A DNA stretch of 36,981 nt from a virus (taxonomy: Duplodnaviria > Caudoviricetes): positions 1 through 36,981 of IMG/VR virus record IMGVR_UViG_3300023055_000014. One strand, given 5' to 3'. Under the pieces are notes generated by a model, which saw only the letters and a program-made list of their open reading frames with translations, did no database searches and was not told where the DNA came from. Below, piece after piece: positions 1-6,661 of this stretch (within the stretch, counting starts at the first letter, position 1; the number at the start of each line of letters is the position of its first letter). The position numbers and the translations under genes were made by a program.

Positions 1-63
1 GAGAAGCTGCCGCCCCGAGTCGAATTGGCCCAAAATTGGCCCAAGACTGACGACAGGGCCTAA
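1..63 (+). CDS. 3' end of a phage-type tyrosine integrase (partial)
   Basis: Frame 1 reads EKLPPRVELAQNWPKTDDRA*, resembling C-termini of Pseudomonas phage integrases as I recall them; it directly precedes an att-like core and overlaps arm-like repeats. Confidence 0.6.
   Translation, partial: EKLPPRVELAQNWPKTDDRA
23..44 (+). repeat. Perfect 11-bp tandem repeat AATTGGCCCAA x2, putative integrase arm-type sites
   Basis: Seen directly; flanks the att core on the left. Confidence 0.6.
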
Positions 64-95
64 ATACACCTCTGGAACCCCCGCAGGACAAGCAC

Positions 96-149
96 TTGAT
101 TTCTACCGCTAACATCACCATGCAGTTTTTTGGTGGTGTTTGGCGGTGG
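96..149 (+). other. Putative att core duplicating the 5' end of an ABC-F ATPase (YbiT-like) gene
   Basis: 96-128 TTG ATT TCT ACC GCT AAC ATC ACC ATG CAG TTT encodes MISTANITMQF, the recognisable YbiT-family N-terminus, then diverges; imperfect inverted repeat 103-120/131-149. Confidence 0.7.
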
Positions 150-207
150 CAAAGGGTTGAATTCATTGGGTCAAATACCCCTCACCCCCCCCTCATTTCC
201 CCATCAG

Positions 208-226
208 TGGTATCAAAATTGGTATC
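208..226 (+). repeat. TGGTATC-AAAAT-TGGTATC direct repeat, putative arm-type sites
   Basis: Seen directly; same architecture as the 23-44 repeat on the other side of the core. Confidence 0.55.
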
Positions 227-339
227 GCCGCTCACTGTCCGCTGAGCGAAAATAGCTGCCTACCTTGAGTGCAGCTTTCATTGCATTCCATATGGTAGCC
301 TAATGCCTTCTTATTCCGATGGAACGAGCGGGCGGAGCC

Positions 340-1320
340 ATGGATTACCTTTCTAGAATCTGTTTCAACCAAAGTGGCTGGACTCGCCCAGACGGCAGCG
401 CCGTAGGAATGGAGATCAACACCTTCTACGCTGAACACGGTCACGGTCACGAAGAGTGGTTATTCCGCAGCGAATGGCAGATAGACGGTTGGCAGTACGG
501 GTTCCTTCAGGGCGTCAATAACAGCCGCGCACGCTTCGAGGGCAGTGATGAGCTGAACGACGTGACTCTGTTTACCTTTACCCCAGAAGGTCGCCGCTAT
601 GTGGCAGTGATTCGGGACCTTGAGTGCTTGAGCCTTCAACAATCCGAGGCAGTGTTCGTTGAGTTTGAGGAAAGGGGGTGGATCGCGCAAATGCAACAGG
701 AAGTCGAGGAAGCGGGCGGCGTAAATGCGGGGATCGCATCCTATGAATGGCTAAATGTTCGCTTCCGTCTTGCCCAGGTGGAATGGTTCCCACCACAAAG
801 CTTCGCGAGCGCTGACGACTACATTCACAATCTCAAACGCTACCAGATGAACACGGTCCCAACAAACATTGTTGTTCCCGACCCAGGACGCCAACTCTCC
901 AAGAGAAAACCCAGCGCGGGAGACCTAAATACTCAGAGCTACCACCGCGGCGGCTCAGAGGGTAGAGAATGCACACCTGAACACAAGATGATGCAAAACC
1001 TACTGGCCAGTCAGCTTAGACGGGAGTTTCCGCTAGGTGAGGTTCTGGTTGAGTCAAATTTCATAGACGTCATGTTATTAACCGACGAGGAACGAGTCCT
1101 ATATGAGATTAAGTCAGACCTCTCAGCGCGGGCAGTCATGCGATTAGCAATTGGGCAATTGCTAGAATACGCCTTCCGGGCTCCGGTCGAAGACAAACGG
1201 GCCTTGAGGTTGGTCATTGTAGGTAGGATTGCGCTTAATGAAGTGGATCGGGCCTATCTCAATTACCTGCGTACTCGCTTCGAATTGCCGTTGGAGTATC
1301 GGGTGGTGAAACTTCTCTGA
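340..1320 (+). CDS. Putative PD-(D/E)XK endonuclease with uncharacterised N-terminal domain (candidate defence gene)
   Basis: C-terminal FIDVMLL...LYEIKSD...AIGQLLEY (D...ExK plus QxxxY); GGAG before ATG 340 (alternative start 319). Confidence 0.7.
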   Translation: MDYLSRICFNQSGWTRPDGSAVGMEINTFYAEHGHGHEEWLFRSEWQIDGWQYGFLQGVNNSRARFEGSDELNDVTLFTFTPEGRRYVAVIRDLECLSLQQSEAVFVEFEERGWIAQMQQEVEEAGGVNAGIASYEWLNVRFRLAQVEWFPPQSFASADDYIHNLKRYQMNTVPTNIVVPDPGRQLSKRKPSAGDLNTQSYHRGGSEGRECTPEHKMMQNLLASQLRREFPLGEVLVESNFIDVMLLTDEERVLYEIKSDLSARAVMRLAIGQLLEYAFRAPVEDKRALRLVIVGRIALNEVDRAYLNYLRTRFELPLEYRVVKLL

Positions 1321-1378
1321 CACACTGGCAAAACGCTGTGACCGCTCACCTATTTCTCTTGGATCGGTTTCTCAGCAT

Positions 1379-1394
1379 CGGTTTTCAAGACCGT
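1379..1394 (-). other. tRNA-Ser(UGA) anticodon-arm fragment, possible relic att core
   Basis: Minus strand ACGGTCTTGAAAACCG (stem CGGT/ACCG, loop CTTGAAA); no complete tRNA; 10-bp inverted repeat at 1436-1445/1498-1507. Confidence 0.45.
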
Positions 1395-1513
1395 AGTAGA
1401 AACTCCCAATCCATGCGGCGCCAGCACCGAAATCCATTCCAAAACAATCACGAAACGGCACAGCTACAGGCCGCATACTGCAAGGGTCGCCGATTCAGTT
1501 TTGGAATCGATTT

Positions 1514-1849
1514 TCACCCCTCATCCGGCGTTCTGCCGACAGCTAGCCTACCCTCCGAAGGCGGCTCACTCCCTACTCCCTTGATTACCTCGATACCCCA
1601 TTCCGGAAGTGGGTCGTGGTAACCGAAAAGACCATAGGCGAACATGTCTTCGTGCTCGTTCAACCCATAGAGCCGGGCTGCCTCGGCAAATTCAAGCATC
1701 TCGCACAGCTGGTCGGCGTCCACCTCCCCGCGCCGGTGGCCGGCCATGGCCATCTCGGCCAAGACGGCGGCCCGGCTATCTGGATCGGTGGCCAAGGCGC
1801 ATTGGTCGTTCAGCTCGTCCAGCCAGGCGCGCGGTAGTCGACTCATCAT
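1514..1849 (-). CDS. Hypothetical protein, second gene of SOS-controlled operon
   Basis: ATGA overlap with the upstream 97-aa gene; starts MMSRLPRAW. Confidence 0.7.
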   Translation of the reverse strand: MMSRLPRAWLDELNDQCALATDPDSRAAVLAEMAMAGHRRGEVDADQLCEMLEFAEAARLYGLNEHEDMFAYGLFGYHDPLPEWGIEVIKGVGSEPPSEGRLAVGRTPDEG

Positions 1850-2139
1850 TCTGCCTTGCACCACCACGACTGCGCGTACATCAAGCCGTCGATTTCTTCC
1901 ACCCCATTGATGTTCATGCCGAGCTGGGCCATTCCATTGACCTTGGCGTCGTGCAGCCGAGGGATGACATCAGGCCCAGGCGTCGGATTAAACACCCAGG
2001 CCTGGGTCGACACTCGGCCCAGCGGCTCACTGTGGTGGTCGATTATGTGGACGTCTGCCCGCAACGGCGGAACCTTCCTGAGCTGATCGGCTGGTATGGC
2101 GACGCCATTCACGCGGCGGCGAACGAGGAGGAAGTACAT
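1846..2139 (-). CDS. Hypothetical protein (97 aa), first gene of SOS-controlled operon
   Basis: ORF starts 14 bp from a LexA box; coupled to the next gene. Confidence 0.8.
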   Translation of the reverse strand: MYFLLVRRRVNGVAIPADQLRKVPPLRADVHIIDHHSEPLGRVSTQAWVFNPTPGPDVIPRLHDAKVNGMAQLGMNINGVEEIDGLMYAQSWWCKAE

Positions 2140-2152
2140 GCTGCACTAGGCT

Positions 2153-2168
2153 CTGTATATATACACAG
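2153..2168. promoter_or_regulatory. LexA (SOS) box
   Basis: CTGTATATATACACAG = CTG-N10-CAG, near-consensus gammaproteobacterial SOS box. Confidence 0.9.
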
Positions 2169-2258
2169 TATTTCAACATCAGGCAAAGCAACCGCGCCAG
2201 TACCGCTCGGTGGACTATGCTTGGTTGCTCAGGCAGGAAGGCGACGCATGCGGCCCAA

Positions 2259-2465
2259 TTAGTGAACCGGGCCAGCAGGGCCGCCTAACGCTTTGAGCTG
2301 GTAGTCGGTGACCGCCTGGAACTGCGACTCAGCGATCAGGCGCAACCGCTCGACTTCATCGGCTGGCCTGCCGGCTCCCTGAGCCTCGTGATAACGCCTC
2401 ATGGCGTCCACGGCGTCGGTGTACATGGGATGGTCAGGGTAAAGGATCGGCGGCATGCACTTCAT
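2259..2465 (-). CDS. Small hypothetical protein, paralogue of 2490-2702
   Basis: Shares DAMR.YH.AQ..G.P..EVERLRL.A.S..QAV.DYQL with its neighbour. Confidence 0.75.
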   Translation of the reverse strand: MKCMPPILYPDHPMYTDAVDAMRRYHEAQGAGRPADEVERLRLIAESQFQAVTDYQLKALGGPAGPVH

Positions 2466-2489
2466 CGGAGTTCCATCCTGAGGAGGCCA

Positions 2490-2702
2490 TCACTGAATGG
2501 TAGCCGGTGCCCGTCCTGCTTGGATCAACTGGTAGTCGATAACCGCTTGGTATAGCGAATCCGCCAATAGGCGTAGGCGCTCGACCTCTTCAGGCGGCAC
2601 TCCACGGTCCTGGGCTTGGTGATACTCACGCATGGCATCGATGGCCTGCTGAATCAGCGGCTCGCCGGCCTCGACCATTCCGATAAACGTGCGCTTGTCC
2701 AT
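2490..2702 (-). CDS. Small hypothetical protein (70 aa, MDKRTFIG...)
   Basis: Paralogous to 2259-2465; start moved to ATG 2702 because the longer ORF overlaps the upstream gene. Confidence 0.75.
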   Translation of the reverse strand: MDKRTFIGMVEAGEPLIQQAIDAMREYHQAQDRGVPPEEVERLRLLADSLYQAVIDYQLIQAGRAPATIQ

Positions 2703-2811
2703 TACAGAACTCTTCTGAATGCAGAGTAAGATTGGCCTGCAATTCCAGACAACAACAAAATTTTGATTGGCATGTGCCGCAAGCAAATAGCTACAGACAA
2801 TCCAAATATCA

Positions 2812-3558
2812 CTACGACCAACTCCAACCGCCACCACTACCCCAGGTATCACGCCCCCACACCGGCAACACCTTTGAAACTCTTACCTCATATGAATACA
2901 ACCTACCCCATGATGGACAATAATCAAATTCTTTATTCCAAGCCTCCAGAAATCGAACACACCACGCGCCATATGAGGATATCGCCCATCTTAAGCAAGC
3001 TGTTAAATGCCTAAAACCAACCTTTGATTGAGCGCCTGGCCTGAATTTCCATATTATATCACCATAAAGGCTAAGCTCCCCTTGAAATGAGAACTCACCA
3101 TTGTTGTGAACTTGAGCATTGCGTATATCTATAAGCCTCTTCCATACGGACTCGTCCGCTCTGCTTATCCACCCAATGCTTGCGCTTTTTTCAACAAGAT
3201 TGAAAAGCGTCTTTGGCGGCGCGCCAAGTAGATTAGGAAGCATGCTTGAGGCCTTTCTAGAGCAAGACTCTAGGCTAGACATGACTCCTACAAAACATGA
3301 GCTAAGGACATCGATCACCCGCTGAGACTGCTCATGATTAAAGGAAATATTATCCTCTAAACTGCCATTGGCTGGCTTATCGAACACTTGCGAATAGTAC
3401 TCCATTAACTCCAGAGCCAAAACTATCCTATTGGACGCCATATTTAGACCAGCAATCGGCATATGGCTAGTAGGAAGGTTATACCTAGCCACAATGTTAT
3501 CGTTCAATCCATCTGCTAAAGCCTTTATCTCAAAGATGTGATCCATTAAGGCGCGCAT
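2812..3558 (-). CDS. Hypothetical protein with HEPN-like RxxxxH motif (candidate RNase/Abi)
   Basis: IDIRNAQVHNNG in an apparently helical protein; visibly AT-richer than the structural genes. Confidence 0.6.
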   Translation of the reverse strand: MRALMDHIFEIKALADGLNDNIVARYNLPTSHMPIAGLNMASNRIVLALELMEYYSQVFDKPANGSLEDNISFNHEQSQRVIDVLSSCFVGVMSSLESCSRKASSMLPNLLGAPPKTLFNLVEKSASIGWISRADESVWKRLIDIRNAQVHNNGEFSFQGELSLYGDIIWKFRPGAQSKVGFRHLTACLRWAISSYGAWCVRFLEAWNKEFDYCPSWGRLYSYEVRVSKVLPVWGRDTWGSGGGWSWS

Positions 3559-3564
3559 TTAAAT

Positions 3565-4089
3565 TCAATTCCCCTGGTTACCGCTCACAATCATATTGTA
3601 GAGGGTAGAACAGGCTTCACCAGCTATTCTACTTCGCCCAAGCGCTGCCGCGAGGTCTCCCGCCATTCGGTCAGCTTCCTCAAGCAATCCCCCAAGCACC
3701 ACGACGGCAGAGGTTCCTGCCTGGCGCTGCTGGGTAGCGATGGCACCGCAGGTTGCTGCTCGGCCGGCGCGCAGTCGATCGATTTCACCCCGCAGCCCGC
3801 CAGCAGCAGACTCAGCAGCAGCGGCGCGGCCTTGGGCCAGTTCCAGTTTCTGTCGTGCACTCTCACCCTCCTCGTCCGCCACTGCTTGGCGGCGTTGTTC
3901 CTCGGTCCTGGCCTGGGCGGCGGCGCTCCGGTCGCGCTCGGACACCTCAAGGCGGTAATCGGATAGCTCCGACCTTGCAGCCGATGCCTCAATTTTTCCT
4001 GCTCCCACGCGAATTTCCTGGCCTCCAGCCACCAGCACCAGCGCTATCAACCACCAGCACCAGGCCGGTACCGCGCCGAGCCAAGTCAC
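3565..4089 (-). CDS. Rz: i-spanin (Rz-like, DUF2514-type)
   Basis: N-terminal TM segment (WCWWLIALVLVAGG), Ala-rich coiled coil, C-terminal Cys; coupled to the endolysin-position gene. Confidence 0.85.
   Translation of the reverse strand: MTWLGAVPAWCWWLIALVLVAGGQEIRVGAGKIEASAARSELSDYRLEVSERDRSAAAQARTEEQRRQAVADEEGESARQKLELAQGRAAAAESAAGGLRGEIDRLRAGRAATCGAIATQQRQAGTSAVVVLGGLLEEADRMAGDLAAALGRSRIAGEACSTLYNMIVSGNQGN
3624..3860 (-). CDS. Rz1: o-spanin lipoprotein embedded in Rz in another frame
   Basis: GAGGAG RBS, GTG 3860, lipobox LLAGC, Pro-rich mature part, fully nested in Rz. Confidence 0.8.
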   Translation of the reverse strand: MHDRNWNWPKAAPLLLSLLLAGCGVKSIDCAPAEQQPAVPSLPSSARQEPLPSWCLGDCLRKLTEWRETSRQRLGEVE

Positions 4090-4532
4090 GCTACCGCCCG
4101 CCGCACGCCTTCATTGATGATGGCGTCGGGATATGGATTGCCGCCGTTCTCGTGGATGATGATGCCGAGCACCATCCCGCGCAGCGTGGCCGGGTCTTTG
4201 ATGTTGATCGGGTCCGTGGCCCGGACGCCCAGGCGCTTTGCAACTGCAGCAGCGTAGGCCTGGGTGTCGTTCTCGTTGCTCGGAGCCCAGCGGTTGATTG
4301 TTTCGAGCACAGTATCAATGCCCTTCCCACCTACTCCGGGCATGCCGTCCTTGCCCCGGTAGTTGATGAGCAGCTTGCCCAGGGCGCGAATGCCGTTCTC
4401 CGGATGGTCGAAGCGGGCGAAGCGCGGCTTTGCCACGCCTTCTTCCAGGCCGAGCTGTCCCTGCCAGGCGTTGCGTGGGTTGAAATCGATGTTACCGGGG
4501 TTCTTGTTCCGGACGCCGCGAGGTGTGGTCAT
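4086..4532 (-). CDS. Putative endolysin (structural protein P5-like family)
   Basis: RGVRNKNPGNI, RWAPSNENDT and HENG motifs; lies immediately upstream of Rz/Rz1. Confidence 0.7.
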   Translation of the reverse strand: MTTPRGVRNKNPGNIDFNPRNAWQGQLGLEEGVAKPRFARFDHPENGIRALGKLLINYRGKDGMPGVGGKGIDTVLETINRWAPSNENDTQAYAAAVAKRLGVRATDPINIKDPATLRGMVLGIIIHENGGNPYPDAIINEGVRRAVA

Positions 4533-4549
4533 AGGTTTTCTCCAGGCAC

Positions 4550-4571
4550 AAAAAAGCCCACAAAAGCGGGC
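4550..4571 (-). terminator. Terminator-like hairpin upstream of the endolysin
   Basis: GCCC...GGGC stem followed by T6 on the minus strand. Confidence 0.5.
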
Positions 4572-4624
4572 GAAAGGGTAATATTCGCGGCTTACTCAGC
4601 AGCGAGATGAAAGGGAATTCAGAA

Positions 4625-6595
4625 ATGCAAGGCAAACACTTGGCCTATCGTCCGGACATAGACGGGCTCAGGGCTCTGGCCGTACTGGCCGTGACAATTT
4701 TCCACTTCAACAAGCAATGGCTACCTGGCGGCTTCGTCGGAGTTGACGTTTTTTTCGTCATATCGGGCTACCTGATCACGGGAATCATCTACGGAAAAGG
4801 CTCTGACTTTTCCTTTGGTGACTTTTACGGTCGTCGAGTCCGCCGGATTCTTCCTGCCGCGACATTTGTGACCATAGTCACTTTGCTTGCTGGGTCATTC
4901 TTACTCTTGCCAGCAGACGTGAAGACCCTTTCGCAGTCGGCAATCGGTGCCACTCTTTCTGCAGCAAACATCTACTTCTGGCTTTTCCTAGATACAAGTT
5001 ACTTCGCCGCTTCGTCAGATACCGTGCCGCTGCTGCATATGTGGTCGCTAGGCGTCGAAGAGCAGTTCTATATGATCTGGCCGGCACTCATGATCATCGC
5101 CATGAAACTCGGCGGTAAACGCCTGCTTGTAGCTACCGGCGTAGTCCTGGCCATCGCATCGTTCGCTGTGAGCGAATACTTCCTTGCGCGTGACCCTTCC
5201 TTTGCTTACTACATGTTGCCATCCAGGGCTGGCGAACTGCTGGTAGGCGCCCTACTTTTCCTATGGCAAGACTCCCGCCGTATTACGGCTGCGATTGCAA
5301 ATATCGCTGGCGTCGTTGGTCTAGCCATGGTTGCAGGCGCAGTGGTGCTGCTCGACGAGAAAAATGGCTTCCCTGGGATACGATCGGTTATCCCTTCTGT
5401 AGGCGCAGCGCTACTGATTCTGGCGGGCACAAATCAAGCCAGTCCTCTTTCCAAAATTCTCGGCAACTCGGTAGCTCGGTACATCGGGCTACGGTCCTTC
5501 TCGCTCTACCTGTGGCACTGGCCAGTGCTTGCCTTCTACCGCTACGCTTACGGCGAACCAACTTTGGCTGGCGGGATAGCGTGCGCAGCACTGATGGTGG
5601 CGCTGACCCAGATCTCGTATCACCTAGTCGAAACCCCGTTCAGGTCGAAAAGCCCTATGTGGCTTTTCACTAAGGCAGGGCCCATCGTTGCGACAAGTGC
5701 TGGAATAATAGTCGCTGGGTATGTCCTGAACAATAACAAGGGCTATTGGCCAACAACTTCTGGCGATCAGTACAAAAGGTTAATTTCTCAGCACGACTAC
5801 AACACCAAACCGGCGAGCCGCTTCCCGTTCAATTGCCAGATGACGAAATACGATCCAATTAACTGGACTGAGGATCAGTGCGTAAACGGCGACAGATCAG
5901 TACCTCCCGAAACTCTTCTTTGGGGTGACTCGAATGCGGCGCACTACGTAGGATATCTGAAAGCTATCGGAGAAAGCAGACACTTCTCAATCCGTAATAT
6001 TTCGCATTCTTCTTGCCCACCGATTAGGGATACGAAAGGAATTCTTGGGCCAAACCGCGAAAAGTCCTGCAATGAATTCAACGTTCGAGCTTTTGCTGAG
6101 TCGAAGAAGTATAGAACTGTGATAATCGGTGCGTCATGGGAATCCTATGCAGCGAGAGGCGGAAAGGAAAGGTTTGCTGAAACCATTGCCGAATTGGCCG
6201 GTTATCACAATCAGGTAATCATCGCCCTCAACGTTCCTCTATTCGAAGGGCTCGACCGCATGTGTACTGCGAAATCCATTCGCATTCCTGGAATGGACTG
6301 CCCATCGACAGCGATCGTCCCCGACCAGGGCGACAGCGAAGTAAATATGTACCTAAAGAAAATCGCCGCACAGTACCCGAATGTCGCAACTTTTGATGTG
6401 CGCCCACAAATTTGCAAGGACGGCACCTGCTCGGCATATGACAAAGGCACCCTCCTCTACTTCGATCACGCCCACATCAGTATGATAGGGTCTGAGATTA
6501 TAGGTCGTTCAGTATTGGAGAACGATCAAGTACCACAACCCATCGCTGCTCTCGGGCAGTCGGCTAGATCGGTAGGCCAACACGTTGCCGATTAA
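4625..6595 (+). CDS. O-antigen/surface polysaccharide O-acetyltransferase, AT3 plus SGNH (OafA-like) moron
   Basis: YRPDIDGLRALA, GVDVFFVISGYLI, RRVRRI, HMWSLGVEEQFY; about 10 TM segments; SGNH motifs WGDSNA and DHAH; opposite to the late operon (alternative start 4607). Confidence 0.93.
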   Translation: MQGKHLAYRPDIDGLRALAVLAVTIFHFNKQWLPGGFVGVDVFFVISGYLITGIIYGKGSDFSFGDFYGRRVRRILPAATFVTIVTLLAGSFLLLPADVKTLSQSAIGATLSAANIYFWLFLDTSYFAASSDTVPLLHMWSLGVEEQFYMIWPALMIIAMKLGGKRLLVATGVVLAIASFAVSEYFLARDPSFAYYMLPSRAGELLVGALLFLWQDSRRITAAIANIAGVVGLAMVAGAVVLLDEKNGFPGIRSVIPSVGAALLILAGTNQASPLSKILGNSVARYIGLRSFSLYLWHWPVLAFYRYAYGEPTLAGGIACAALMVALTQISYHLVETPFRSKSPMWLFTKAGPIVATSAGIIVAGYVLNNNKGYWPTTSGDQYKRLISQHDYNTKPASRFPFNCQMTKYDPINWTEDQCVNGDRSVPPETLLWGDSNAAHYVGYLKAIGESRHFSIRNISHSSCPPIRDTKGILGPNREKSCNEFNVRAFAESKKYRTVIIGASWESYAARGGKERFAETIAELAGYHNQVIIALNVPLFEGLDRMCTAKSIRIPGMDCPSTAIVPDQGDSEVNMYLKKIAAQYPNVATFDVRPQICKDGTCSAYDKGTLLYFDHAHISMIGSEIIGRSVLENDQVPQPIAALGQSARSVGQHVAD

Positions 6596-6623
6596 TCATA
6601 TGGTCTGCTGATCCTGAATTAAC

Positions 6624-6652
6624 ATTGGGCCCGCCAATAAAGCGGGCTCAAT
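6624..6652. terminator. Probable bidirectional terminator between the acyltransferase and tail fibre
   Basis: ATTGGGCCCGC-caataaa-GCGGGCTCAAT hairpin between convergent genes. Confidence 0.7.
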
Positions 6653-6661
6653 AGTTATAGG

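Noticed and set aside
185-192. C8 tract as a phase-variation switch
   Set aside because: Intergenic within the att arm region and not in an identifiable promoter or CDS
1355-1420. Complete tRNA-Ser gene
   Set aside because: Only the anticodon arm is present; no D arm, GTTCGAATC T-loop or acceptor stem
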